This document shows positions 14,212 through 26,700 of a stretch of 64,000 nucleotides of DNA, one piece after another. This DNA is from Anolis carolinensis. Its lineage: Eukaryota. The DNA lies in the NCBI RefSeq assembly GCF_035594765.1, contig NC_085844.1, positions 218,194,107 through 218,258,106 on the forward strand, read 5' to 3'. Position numbers and translations under genes: made by a program. How positions within the stretch are numbered: the stretch's first letter is position 1; each line of letters begins with the position of its first letter. The notes beneath the pieces were generated by a model that was not told where the DNA came from, ran no database searches, and saw nothing but the letters and a program-made list of their open reading frames with translations.

Positions 14212-14229
14212 CCTTTTGCCGGGAAAGCC

Positions 14230-14345
14230 AAGCCAAGGCAGGCAGGCAGGCAAGCAAGGAGGCAAAGGAAATGACGTCAAGGGGAGGCCCCACGGAGCAG
14301 GTGTTTGATGGAAGGGGCGGGGCAAGGGAAAGGGGCGGGGGCCTC
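14230..14345 (-). promoter_or_regulatory. GGT7 proximal promoter within a CpG-rich region: perfect CRE with abutting ETS-like core, plus two GC boxes
   Basis: GGAAATGACGTCA with palindromic TGACGTCA at 14272-14279; GGGGCGGGG at ~14314 and ~14332; 60-130 bp upstream of the ATG. Confidence 0.65.
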
Positions 14346-14459
14346 ACCTGTTGCCCCTTTAAAAAAGGGAGCAGCTCCCACTCTGTTGGAAATAACTCTT
14401 CCTATGGATGCGAGAGCTGGACCATAAGAAAGGCTGAGAGAAGGAAGATAGATGCTTTT

Positions 14460-15495
14460 GCGGGCTGTGGCGCAGGCTGGTAAACTGCTGCTGCTGCTGC
14501 AATAAATCACTCTGACCATGAGGTCATGAGTTCGAGGCCAGCCGGTGGCGGGGTGAGCACCCGTCAATTAAAAATAAAATATAGCCCCTGCTCCTTGCTG
14601 ACCTAGCAACCCGAAAGATAGTTGCATCTATCCAGTAGGAAATAAGGTACCACTTATAACAGTGGGGAGGCAAGTTTAACTCATTTACAACGTTGGAATG
14701 AGGAAGTGAGGAAGTGCCATCAGAGTGGATGATGAAGCAGCTGCTCCCCCCTGTGGCCAGAATTGAACATCCCCTCAGGAGAAGGTTAAATTGCCTCTGC
14801 GTCTGTCTGTCTGTTGTCTCTGTCTCGGTTTGATGTGTTTATGGGCATTGAATGTTTGCCCTATATGTACATAATGTGATCCTCCCTGAGTCCCCTTCGG
14901 GGTGAGAAGGGCGGAATACAGGGCCGGCCGGAGATATTTTTTAATGTGAAGCGGGGGTGCTGAAAAGCGCCCCCGCCACCGGCCCCGCCTCCCGCGCCCT
15001 GGCCCCGCCCAGCGTGCCCTGGCCCCGCCTCCCATGCTGCGTGGGAGGCGGGGCCAGGGCGAATAGTGAGGGGGGCGGGGCCAGAGTTGGCCCCGCCCCC
15101 CGCCCAGCGTGCCCTGGCCCCGCCTCCCACGCAGCGTGGGAGGCGGGGCCAGGGCACGCTGGGCGGGGGGCGGGGCCAGAGCTGGCCCCGCCTCCCACGC
15201 TACACCCGCTCGCCCGTCTGGCCTTTTCTAGCTGGCCAGACTGCAGCGGAGGTCCCTGCAGGCTGCGATTGCGGCCTGCAGGGACCTCCGCTGCAGTCTG
15301 GCCAGCTAGAAAAGGCCAGACGGGCCAGGGCGCACTGGGCGGGAGGCGGGGCACCGTCAGGGCGGTGCCCCGCCTCCCGCCCAGCCTGACGGCGCCCCCC
15401 CGGGCCTGCGCCCGAGGCGGCGGCGTCAGGTGCCTCAATAGTGGGGCCGGCCCTGGCGGAATATAAATACTGTTAATAATAATAATAAATAATAA
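14460..15495 (+). mobile_element. tRNA-derived SINE with an L2-type 3' tail (Anolis SINE2-like), itself interrupted by a hAT MITE
   Basis: A-box TGGCGCAGGCTGG, B-box GAGTTCGAGGCC; 3' CCCTGAGTCCCCTTCGGGGTGAGAAGGGCGGAATA...(AAT)n. Confidence 0.75.
14919..15455. mobile_element. Young GC-rich non-autonomous hAT element (MITE)
   Basis: TIRs CAGGGCCGGCC / GGCCGGCCCTG; perfect 8-bp TSD GCGGAATA at 14911-14918 and 15456-15463. Confidence 0.92.
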
Positions 15496-15600
15496 CTTTA
15501 GTGCTGGAGGAAAATCCTGAGACAGCCTTGGACCGCAAGGAGATCCAGCCAGTCCATCCTCCAGGAAATAATGCCCGGCTACTCACTGGAAGGAAGGATA

Positions 15601-16019
15601 GGGTAAAGGTTTTCCCCTGACGTTAAGTCCAGCCGTGACCGACTCTGGGGGTTGGTGCTCATCTCCATTTCTAATAATAAATAATAAAATAATAATAAAA
15701 CTTTATTTATACCCCGCTGCCATCTCCCCGTGGGGACTCGGGGTGGCTTACATAGAACAAAAGATAGGCAACATAATACAAATCACACTATAAAAAGATA
15801 AAATAGTAATGCAATATATCAATTAAAACAAAAATACAGGATAAAAAATGCATTTAAAACACATAAATGGTAAGCCAAAGTAGCCGGCGTTGTCCGTAGA
15901 CACACCTCCAAGGTCATGTGGCCGGCATGACTGCATAGAGTGCCGTTACCTTCCCACCGGAACGGTACCTATTGATTCACTCACATTTGTATGTTTTCGA
16001 ACTGCTAGGTTTGTCAGGA
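15601..16019 (-). mobile_element. 5'-truncated Sauria SINE interrupted by an L2 3' tail (~15675-15870)
   Basis: Sauria tail GGTAAAGGTTTTCCCCTGACGTTAAGTCC; TSD GGAAGGAAGGATA (15588-15600) / GGAGGGAAGGATA (16020-16032). Confidence 0.88.
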
Positions 16020-19000
16020 GGAGGGAAGGATATTAGAGGTAAAATTGAAGTATTTTGGCCACATCATGATAAGACAGGAAAGCTTGGAAAAGATCATGAT
16101 ACTGAGGAAAGTGGAAGGAAAAAGGAAGAGAGGTTGACCAAGGGCAAGATGGATGGACGGTATCCTTGAAGTTACTGGCATGAACTTGAAGGAACTGGGG
16201 GCGGCGACGGATGACAGGGAGCTCTGGCAGAAACTGGTCCACTAGGTCACGAAGAGTCAGAATCGACTGACCGAATAAAGAAGTCATCGTCTCTGGGCAC
16301 ATATCCCTTTGGCAATCATAACCTTACTGAAAAAGAAAAATGATGTCAGATTCCTTTGGCAAATGTGAATCTCCATGAACCTTCTGAAAACCACTGGTCA
16401 AGAAAAGGACGACTCGTTTGAGAAGTCAACCCTTTGAGCAAGTGATATTCATAAGCATTCATGTAATGGCACACAGGGAACTCAGGTGTTAAACTGAAGG
16501 ACCATGTCTTTGAACTGCCCAGGACAACAACATGGCACTACAAAAATATATTTGGTTAGCAGAGGATGGTTGTTTCTGTGACATAATGAAAAATCAAATG
16601 TGTATTCCACACACCGCTTTGCCAGAGAAAGAAGATATGTGCCACGCAGGTGAACAATGAAGAACAAACTATTTATTCTTCTTAAATCCAGAACAACATA
16701 TGTATAATGTGCTCAGTTGTACCAACTTTTATGAGAGATTTAAAATAGTCTTTCCTTTTCCAGGTGGATAAATTCTTTCCAGTAGCTCATGAAGCAAGAG
16801 CACACTTCAAACTCTGTCTCTCTCTCTCTCTCTGCTTCTTTCTTCCAACTGTCACTCTGCACCTGCTTAACTCAGGCCTGAACAAAATTGCAACAGTATC
16901 AAAAACTCCCAGGCTTACCAGCTCATCAGACATGGCTCAATCAATCAGCTTCATGCATCTTATTTCGCAGTTGACACACATTAAATGACTTCTTACATAT
17001 CGCAACAGTTTCTTTGAAGTTGCCCAAAAGATATACACTCCCTTGAAACCTCTTAGTTTAAAATATGCACTCAGAGATAAAAGAAACAAGTCTTCTTTTA
17101 AAAACAACATATCTTGTTTATTCACGAACATCTTGTATTATTTCACCATTTCTTATTAAAGTTCAGTTATATATAAGCTGTAGTTCTCTATGTGAGTACA
17201 CAGGGTATCATTCTTAGTCTATCAATAGTCCATAGTCTTTAGGTATAGTTGTACTCACTGAAGTCCATAAGTCACATATCTCTACTGAAGTCCAAACAGC
17301 AACATGCATCCACCTCCACTGAGGTGTAAAGCAGACAGAATAGAAAAATGGAGTCCTGAGTCTGAACATGCTCAGTACAATCACATGTCCTTAACCCCTC
17401 CCACACTAAAGAGGTACAGTCAAACTGGCAAATCAACACACACATAGAATACAGTATAGGCTAGCAAATGCATTAACAAATAATGAAAGGCTTGGGAGGT
17501 TGCTATTTCCAACACATTCTCCTCACATCTTCTTAGGGAGAGGGCTGATATGGGTCAAGGGCAGGCATGAGCAAACGTGAGCCCTCCAGTGGTTTGGACC
17601 TCAACCACTCCTGGTAGGCTGTTAGGAATTGTGGGAGTTGAAATCCAAAACACCTGGAGGCCCCAAGTTTGCCCATGCCTATTTTAGATTAACAGAAGTG
17701 TCCGTACTTGGTGTCTTCAGACGGGTGTTGCTACACTGCTGCCAAAATCCAAAATTTACTGCTATATACTGGTCTCATCTCAGAACCATTAATAGGTTAC
17801 AGTAGGTTACAACATACTCATCAAATGTGCAGTTAAAAACTAATGAAACCCATAAAGGTAAAATGTAATATATTAGTTTGGCCTCAAGTTGTAATGGCTT
17901 GCCCAATTAGAATGTTTTCCAAGAAGAGTTTTGACTAGACCTTTGCTGGCTTTTAAATCACCTTCATGTCAATTGACCTTGTATACATGAGAAACTGTAT
18001 GCAGGACACAGACTCTCCTTCCAAATGTGAAGAGAGTTTTGAAAAGTTACTTTTGAGGACTGTGACTCCCAGAATCTGGCAGCCACCATGACCATACCGT
18101 GTGAAGAATGCAGAGAGAGGTAGCCAGGGGATTTTTTTTTCTTACAAAAGGGAACAGGAAACTCCTCTGAGGATATATGACTGTAAATACAGGGAAAGGG
18201 GATGAATTTTGTTCTGTTTGATGTTTCAGACATTTTCTGAGTCTTTGGCCATTAGCCATGGAGGCTCATGTTCTTGGGAAATAAAATTCAAAACCTTTGA
18301 AGGACATACATCACACCACGTGGTCCATTCCATGTTCAGTTTTGCACAAAATCAACATTTTGAAACTAAGCAATAGCAAGAGGGCTACCAAAACTAGTTT
18401 TGCTCTATCGTTCATCCTGTCTACCCCTTTACAGTGTATATCATACAAAGTTTGTGGCGCTGTAACCTTGATGTTGATGGAAATCTCACTAGGAAAGTGA
18501 ACACACGCAATATAGTTGGTCCACCATATTTGCAGGGTTGACTTTTGTAAATTTTGTTTTTCATGGATTGAATTTAAAATGTTCTTTCTAGGAATGTCAG
18601 TTCTCCAGTAGAATTCCATAGTCAACATCTTTCATCATGCTTGAAGACCTGTGCATTTCTAGTGAGAACATCTCTCTAGATCCTCCAGTGCAAATGTATG
18701 GTCAGCTTCCAGCAGAAGTTTACCATAGTCTCATGCTAGAGGTTTGAAAAATTCCTACAAAATGTTCTCTCAGGTTAAAAAAATAGCAATTTTTTATTCA
18801 CAGATTTTTTTTACTTTCATGCGGGTCTTGTGCCCCAAATTCTAGTGAACGTGAAGGACTGACTAATGGGAGATACAGTAGGATAATAGAGCACTATAGC
18901 TGGGACTTTGGAGATCCAAGTTCAAGTCCCCAATGGAACCATGAAATGTAATGGGTGACCTTAGGCTACTCACTTTTCTTTCATTATTGTTGTGAAGGTA

Positions 19001-20329
19001 AAAAGAGGAGGAGAGGGAGTAGAAAAATATAGCTAAAAATAAGAAATACATCAATAATATTTTCAACAGCAACAATTTCAGTGTGCACACAATATTTCTG
19101 TTTTTATATGACCTGCTTCTTTATTACTGATGCAATTACAGAATATCATATATGCACCCAATGGAACATAATGCACAATCTCTGATGAATCTGACAGAAT
19201 GAGGCTACCATAAACAATAATTATCTGAACTGGTATTGTGTGGTGTTGTTTTTAGAGTTACATAAGTGCAAATTCTCTGAATTAACATATCTTACATAGA
19301 ATTGGCCTAGAGGTTGATTGTCAGTCATGACTTTGTCTTGCAAATATGTTGGTTTCCATGGAGAAATTCTGGAGTCTCTATTTTTTTTAATTCTTTGTAC
19401 AATAACACACCTTTGAGATGAGGATTAGATGATTCAGAACAGGAAATAAACTAGCAGAACAGCACCTAGGTCAAGCAGAACTAATGTGAAATAAGAAGTT
19501 CACCTGTTTAACATTGCTTTCTTGGAGAGCTTGGGAAAAAGTTACTTTTTGGACAATAAATCCCAGATTCTCAAAACCTACATGTTTATTAGAATCTAAA
19601 AAGTAACTTTTCAAGTTCTGTTTTTTTATGTGTGCTACAGGGTACCTAAAATTAATAAAGGTTCAGGCTACAATTTTATTTACTATATTACCAGACATTG
19701 CACTGAAAGACTGAGCCAGATCTAAAGTCATTTGGTGGTCTTTATGAATGAAGATGCATCTACATTGCAGAACTGATACAAGTTGACACTGCTTTAACTG
19801 CATTACTCAATGCTGTGGAATCATGGAAGCTGTAGTTTTGCAAGATCTTTAGACTTTTCTGCCAAAGAGCACTGGGGCCTCACCAAACTACAGCTCTCAT
19901 GATTACATCACCCTGAGCCAATGCAGTTAAAGTGGTGACAGCCTGCATTAGTTCTACAGTGCAGATCCACTCAAAGTAAGAATTTAAATCTAGACTTCGA
20001 ATCTAGACTCTAATCTCTACATCTGTATCTGGCATGGCATTTGCTCCCTCTGCACCAAGTGCTTGGTTTGGGTATGATGCAGCTAGAATCTGAACGTTGT
20101 GATCCAAAAAAGTAAAAAACTGGTAATTAAGAGAGAAAAGATGCAAAGTTTGCCAAGTGGAAAATCTCTGGTTCTGTAAAGCAAGGTAGGGGGAGATTCT
20201 GCACGGCCATACTCACATATGAATCTTGTTAAGTATTTCAACATTGCAAATAACTTACAGCATTGATTCAAAAGTAATATGGGTCTCATATCAAGAGTGT
20301 AACTATGCCAGAATTGCGTTGTCTTTTAG

Positions 20330-20460
20330 AATCCACCCTGGAGGGTGTCCTGTCCTGCTACGCAAGAGGCAAGGCACACCCTTGGTACTATTTATAAAAA
20401 CTGCAAATCAGGCTTTTAACAGTAACAGACAGACCAGAAATAGGATCCCTTCCAGTCCAG
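20330..20460 (+). promoter_or_regulatory. Candidate promoter and short non-coding first exon of the CYLD-like gene (overlapping MEF2/TATA element)
   Basis: CTATTTATAA at 20388-20397 overlaps TATAAAA at 20393-20399; CACCC boxes just upstream; donor CAG|gtaggt at 20460/20461. Confidence 0.4.
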
Positions 20461-20734
20461 GTAGGTAAAGTTCTGCTTTATAGAGTTAAGGAAGGGCAGA
20501 TAGTAGAATGGAAAGATTTGATTTAAAAAATAAAAATGAAGTCAAGAAATTTGTATGTTTTTCCTAACATTTATGTATTTAGTTTCCTGCTGAATATTAG
20601 AAAGAAAGAACAAGCAAGTAAGCATGCAGGCAAACAACCAGCTTGAGCTAAAATGTGAACGAAAACTACTTTAATATCAAAATGCAATTACAATGTTATT
20701 AAAAATCCTGTGGTCACTTGTCTTCAAATATCTA

Positions 20735-20975
20735 GCATGGTGTAATGGTTTGAGCATTGGACTGAAGGGGCAAAGATATAAAAGACTATGACTCTGGAGA
20801 CAAAGGTTTGATTCTCTACTTGGCCATGAAACCCACTGGGTGGCCTTGGGCAAGTCCCACTCAGCCTCAGAAGAAGGCAACCCCCGGACCCCAAACAAGT
20901 CTGGCTAAAAACCTATGATAGGTTCACCTTAAGGTCACCATAAGTTGGAAATGATTTGATAGCATACAAAAACAA
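20735..20975 (+). mobile_element. Older tRNA-derived/CORE-like SINE (pieces also at ~41930-42115, 56200-56345, 60590-60745, 62160-62270)
   Basis: TGGTGTAATGGTTTGAGCATTGGACT...CCCACTGGGTGGCCTTGGGCAAGTC...CCATAAGTTGGAAATGA. Confidence 0.7.
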
Positions 20976-21107
20976 CTACTACTGATTTCCAGCATTTAAA
21001 GAACTGAGGCAACTGAAGCAGTTTGCTGAATGCTGACCTGGGGAATTTCATAATCTTGGTTTAGAAGTCCTGCATTCATACAAATTATTTGTGACTGTAT
21101 TGTACAG

Positions 21108-21204
21108 GTATCAGTTTAGGAGAAACCAAAACTGCAGTCTATCACAGTGTGGTACAGAAGATCTATGAGGCAGAATCAAAACATCTTTCCTCCTAAGGTA
21201 AAGG
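21108..21204 (+). other. Candidate upstream exon of the CYLD-like gene; ATG at 21165 would add MRQNQNIFPPKVKGAIPA in frame
   Basis: Acceptor gtacag|, consensus donor AGG|gtaagt at 21204/21205; the phase-1 join to 23362 keeps the frame; in-frame TAG upstream of the ATG; weak Kozak context. Confidence 0.4.
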
Positions 21205-21503
21205 GTAAGTTACTGGTTTTTCTGTATTCAAACATGAGCTGAACTTCATTCCATGTTTGCAGTGGGACAGAGTTAATCACACTTAAGATGATACAGGATG
21301 AGCTTTTGTGTCACAAACAGCTCTGTCTCCCTACAGAGAACAATGGCAAGGAGGCTCTGGAAGAATGGCTGTTGGGTCTGTCACTGCTGTCCCCAAACAT
21401 TGGCCACCTGAGGTGGTTGCATGAGTCTGCCTAATGAAAGAACTAGCACTGATGTACAGGTTATATGTTTATCGTATCAGAAGCAATCTGAGGGTACACT
21501 TGT

Positions 21504-21776
21504 CAGGCCCATAGCCAGGATTTTGATTTTGGGGGGGGGGGGTTGATTGGGGGGGGGCTGAGTCAGAGTGAGAGAGGATCTACCCTAGCAAACCTTTTGT
21601 ATCATTATCCAAATACCCCCATGCATATGGGATATATTGAGCATGGTGATCAGATCATGATATGAATAAACATAACAGTTTAAATAATAAATGTAAGGCC
21701 TTCTCGCAGACCACCCTGAGAATTTCGGGGGGGGGGGCTGAAGCCCCTCAAGCCCCCTCCCCCCACTACATGCCTG
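21504..21776. mobile_element. hAT MITE
   Basis: Ends CAGGCCCATAG / CTACATGCCTG; TSD ACACTTGT / ACAGTTGT. Confidence 0.8.
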
Positions 21777-22104
21777 ACAGTTGTAATGTACAGTAGAGTC
21801 TCACTTATCCAAGCTAAACGGGCTGGCAGAAGCTTGGATAAGTGAATATCTTGGATAATAAGGAGGGATTAAGGAAAAGACTATTAAACATCAAATTAGG
21901 TTATGATTTTACAAATTAAGCACCAAAACTTCATGTTATACAACAAATTTGACAGAAAAAGTAGTTCAATACGCAGTAATGTTATATTGTAATTACTGTA
22001 TTTACGAATTTAGCACCAAAATATCACGATATATTGAAAGCATTGACTACAAAAATGGCTTGGATTATCCAGAGGCTTGGATAAGTGAGGCTCTACTGTA
22101 TTTA

Positions 22105-22500
22105 AAAACACAAGCAAAGTTAAATACTTGGCATTATACTAAATGTCCTTTGACCAATAGCTGGCCACATGGAGTGCCTCTGGTTTTGCTATAAGAAGGT
22201 CCTCCATTGTGCTTGTGGAAGGGCTCAGATTGCATTGTAATAGGTGGTCTGTGGTTTGCTCTTCTCCACACTCGCATGTTGTGGACTCCACTTTGTGGCC
22301 CCATTTCTTAAGGTTGGCTCTGCATCTTGTGGTGCCAGAGCACAGTCTGTTCAGTGCCTCTCAAGTCACCCAGTCTTCTGTGTGCCCAGGAGGGAATTTC
22401 TCATTCGGTATCAGCCATGGTTTGAGGTTTTGAGTTTTAGACTGCCACTTTTGGACTCTCACTTGCTGAGGTGTTCCTGTGAGTATCTCTTAGAATCCTG
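22105..22500 (-). mobile_element. Non-LTR retrotransposon 3' fragment (Vingi/I-group-like)
   Basis: Minus-strand EALNRLCSGTTRCRANLKKWGHKVESTTCECGEEQTTDHLLQC with a C-terminal CCHC knuckle. Confidence 0.75.
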
Positions 22501-22681
22501 CTTCTTCAGCCTTGAACAAAGCTTTTACTTTAATACATTGTTTCTATAGGGGAACCTAATAATGCACAAGATACCAATCGAATTCTAGGCAGTTTGTAGA
22601 TTTGGTTTAGCTTTTTATTGATATAGTAAAAATAAAACATAGAACATATATATATAATACATAACCCAATAAAGCAACATA

Positions 22682-22990
22682 AAGGTAAAGGTAAAGGTTT
22701 CCCCTAACGTTAAGTCCAGTCGTGACCGACTCTGGGGGTTGGTGCTCATCTCCATTTCTAAGCCGAAGAGCTGGCATTGTCCATAGACATCTACAGGTCA
22801 TGTGGCCGGCATGACTCCATGGAGCACCGTTACCTTCCCGCCGGAGCGGTACCTATTAATCTACTCACATTTGCATGTTTTCGAACTGCTAGGGGCTAAC
22901 AGCAGGTGCTCATTCCGCTCCCAGGATTTGAACTGGCACCTTTTGGTCCGCAAGTTCAGCAGCTCAGCGCTTTAACACACTGTGCCACCA
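22682..22990 (-). mobile_element. Sauria SINE
   Basis: (AAAGGT)n tail, full body, flanked by repeated AAGCAACATAA. Confidence 0.92.
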
Positions 22991-23375
22991 TAAGCAACAT
23001 AAGATACCACAAAAACAATTACAGTTTTCAGCTATGAACACAAAACACATAGGTACACAAAAAAATTAAGTTGATGTCCAACTTCCTTGTAATTGGTTTA
23101 CATGTAGTATTAACTATTTTTCTTACATGCCTACAGAAAAAATACTATGTATTTCTACTAATAATCTAAGGAAAAAACAGACAATTAATTCTCAAAACCT
23201 GCCAGTGTTTTCTCATCTCTCCAACAGGAGTTTCTTCTGTAGTGAATCTTTAGACATGAGACACCAACAAGATTCTAGCTGGTGCAAACTTGTTATCTCT
23301 TGTTTTAGCTTTTTAAAGCCTTGAAGCAACCTTTTTTGACCACAATTTTCTGTATTTACAGGTGCCATTCCAGCC

Positions 23376-23789
23376 ATGCAGTTTGCAGCTGAGAAAAAAG
23401 AGGCTTTTATTGTCACTCGAGAGATCCATGCAGGCCGAAAGAAGATCCCTTTGGGATGTATAGGTTACTTTCTGGAGGACAAACACAGCATGGGTCGCAT
23501 TGTTGACCTGAAATCAAGGCCTGTCATAACCCTGATGAGTAGTCACATCAAACCTCTCAGCTGTCATGAAGCTGGACTCTTACTCACTGTTGAGAGCCCA
23601 CAAAAAAGGCATGACCTGCTTTCCAACGAGCGGCTTTTCTCTGCTATTTGCTGCCTGCAAATCTATGATGTGGTGCGTGTGAGATACAATAGAGTGGTGG
23701 CAGTCGGCATTGTGAGAAGCTTCTGGGAACAGCACAGGAAGCCTGGCAATGGAGAGCTGAAGATGCTCCTTATTGAGGTGGAGCTGCTG
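23376..23789 (+). CDS. CYLD-like exon A (N-terminal region plus first half of a degenerate CAP-Gly fold)
   Basis: Acceptor ttacag|G at 23362; GCCATG at 23376; ends IEVELL|gtgag, equivalent to CYLD FGVELL. Confidence 0.85.
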
Positions 23790-26700
23790 GTGAGGCCTCA
23801 ACAGACTGGTTTAACAATATTCTGGATGCTATGCTGATATAATTGTAGTACATTGTATCATATACATGTCTATTCAGAAACAAATCCCATCAACTTCAAT
23901 ACAGTTTATGCCCAAGTAATAGGGGATAGCTCTATAGATTTAATGACTAATTAATACAGAGCACAAGCCTTAACATTTCTTACTCCTGCCCACCCCAAGT
24001 TAAATATCTGTAACTCACCCTGGGACCAAATTCAAATTTGAGAAAGGTCCTGAAGACCACATTTCCCCTGTGGGTGAAGATAAGGGCACTGGGTAGGACA
24101 GAGCAATATACCTGATCGCCCCCCCATTTCATCCATTACTGGTGATGTTTGTTTTATACCATTTTATTTTGCTATTATTGTGCTTACTGTATTATTGTGT
24201 TTTTAATCTGTTTTATTTTCTATTTTGCTGATATTGTTTACTTATGTTTTAATTCTGCTTATGTTTTGTTTCTGGGCTTGTATCCATGTTAGCCGCCCCA
24301 AGTCCCTTCAGGGAAATGGAGGTGGGATAGAAAAATAAAGTATTATTATTATTACATTTCTTACCAATGTGTTACTGGTTGTTTCTATAACTGAGGATAC
24401 AATACATATGTCAGTTATGTGTATGTTTATTGAGGGGTGAGCATCAGTACAACAGCCTTCTGGACAGCAAAAAATTGTATGTGTGTAGCATTGCAGCTTC
24501 TTCATATCTGCACTCTTGTTTTGTAAGTTATGATCACTGTTATTAATTTTGTAATATAATTTGGAAAAGTAGAATTGCTTCTAAGCTTAGTCAGTATTAT
24601 CATACAGCAACAGTATAGATTTTAAAGAATTAATTGCAAAACATGCCTGCTTAATCCTTCTTTTCTTTGTTTCTCAAACTGCATCAGGATTCAGGGATTA
24701 TTTCCCTCCGTGACCGCTATTCTAGACTGAAGGTTGATGCAAGCAAGATCATTGCTGTTAGCTCCAATGTTACACATTCCATTGGATGCCAAGAGATCAG
24801 CCAAGAATCTTACAAGAAAGGTGAGAGCCAGTGAGGAGTGTGAGTAGAGGGCTACCTCCTTTCCCTAGCTCCTGATATTTTCAATTTTTACAATATTTAC
24901 AACATAAATCTTCATCTTAAAGATAACTGTATTCTCATTAATTTTGAGGCTAGTAAGGTCATCCTTTGTGTTGATGCAACTTTAGCATGTCAGAAATGGC
25001 TGCCCAAACAACACAAGGAACTCCCACAAATCTCTTCCAGTAACAGAGAATGTTATAGTGCAACTATAGGACTCCATACCAGTATATTGTCCCCCTGTAA
25101 CAAAGATCATTTATTAATTTAAGTAAGTTTCTCAGGGCTCTTTCTAGCTTTATGACTCATATTAACTGCTATGGCAATATTTGGTGGAATCCTGGGATAT
25201 GCAATTTTGGGAATGATATTTAGAAAAGCAAGATGAAGGCAAATGCAACCTCTCTCTGAACAGATCGTGTCAGGAAACCCCATGATAGGGTTGCCATAAA
25301 TCAGAAATAATTTGAAGGCCCACAACAACAATTTAGAAAGATAGGGCTGATAAAAGAACCCACTGCCTGATACATTTACAAATTATTCTTCCAGAGAACA
25401 ATCACCCGAACCAATACTTGGCAGAAGTCAGTGCTGCATCAGTCTGGGAACAGGAAGTCCTCAAGAAGATGGAAGGCACTATGAGGGGCATCCAGGGGCA
25501 CTGCAACTCCTGCTACCTAGACACAACTCTCTTCAGGTGTGCCAAGTGTCCGTGGAAGATGGTGTCTAGTTCTGCAATTTCTTGTTTATTACACAATATT
25601 TTTTTTGGATCTCAGGAAAACAATTTCTCCCACCTAATTAATAATGGCCAATTGGACAAGGCTGCTAGAAGTCCTCTGGAGGATGTTATTATCTGAAGTT
25701 AACCCAATGGTTAGACCAGCTGCAACCAGCTTACAGCAGTATGCGATTGTCATTTTAAACTTCATGGAAGCTATGAGCATATTTCATATTTCAGCTGATT
25801 GGTTTATCATGTGTTATGTGTTTTTTCCATTGCAGTTTATTCAGTTTCTCCTCTGCCTTGGATGGCATCCTGTATTCTACTGAGGTGGATGACAAAACAG
25901 CACAGCAAATCCTGAGAGAGCAGATTGTGCAGCCTTTGAGACAGTGAGTTTCATCATTTCATCATTTCTCTGTGGCCCTAACTCTTATGACAAGATTTGG
26001 TTTTCATGTTTTCAATGTTATTTCTTACTTACAAGCTCAATGATATGGCTATTGACTGACAGTGGAAAACCTTTTGTGGAGAAAAATACTATCTTATTCA
26101 AAGCATGGACACGCTTGTTGTTCTGGGCTACTGCTTTCAGAATCTCAGGTCCCTTCCACACAACTGAATAAAATCCCACATTATCTGCTTTAAACTGGAA
26201 AATATAGCAGTGTGGATTTGGATAACCCAGTTCAAAGTAGATATTGTGGGGTTTTCTGCCTTGATATTCTGGGTTGTCTGTTTGGAAGGGCCCCCAGTGG
26301 CCGTGCTGTCTGGAGTTGTGATTCAGACTATAATTTTTCAAAGATTTTAATTGTTTTGATATACTAGAGCAGTGGTAGAAAGAAGATAGATTGGAGGATA
26401 GATGAGACAGTCAACTTCTAAGCGTTTTGCCATAGATGAGCAAGAGTTTCTGAACTCAAGTGGCAATTTTCATAGAGATAATTTTTGTAGTCCAAACAAC
26501 TGCCTGTTCTCTCAGTTTTTTTTTAAACATATCAGCCTACTCTTCCAGCTCTGCAAGGCATGTACTTGCAAAATCATGCCCAGACACTGCACTCTCCACT
26601 CTTCCTATGACTAAATCCTAAACTGTGAGCAAGTAGGAATGGCCTGTACTCTTAGTTGATCTGGATTATCTACTAACTGGCATTCGCTGTACCTTACCTA

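Larger units (their letters stand above)
14395..16278 (+). mobile_element. RTE/Bov-B-type LINE 3' fragment, split into three pieces (~14395-14460, ~15494-15600, 16020-16278) by nested insertions
   Basis: Pieces encode YGCESWTIRKAERRKIDAF / CWRKILR..WT / YFGHIM....LEK.M...KVEGKRKRG, typical of the Bov-B RT C-terminus. Confidence 0.85.

Noticed and set aside
13447-14347. Several overlapping 119-249 aa ORFs including poly-Tyr/Asn/Ile/Glu/Pro stretches
   Set aside because: Only 13992-14211 (-) is GGT7 exon 1; the rest are read-throughs of a (TTA)n tail and GC/GA-rich intron sequence.
14775-15466. Mirror-image 86-169 aa ORFs on both strands
   Set aside because: Produced by the palindromic GC-rich hAT MITE.
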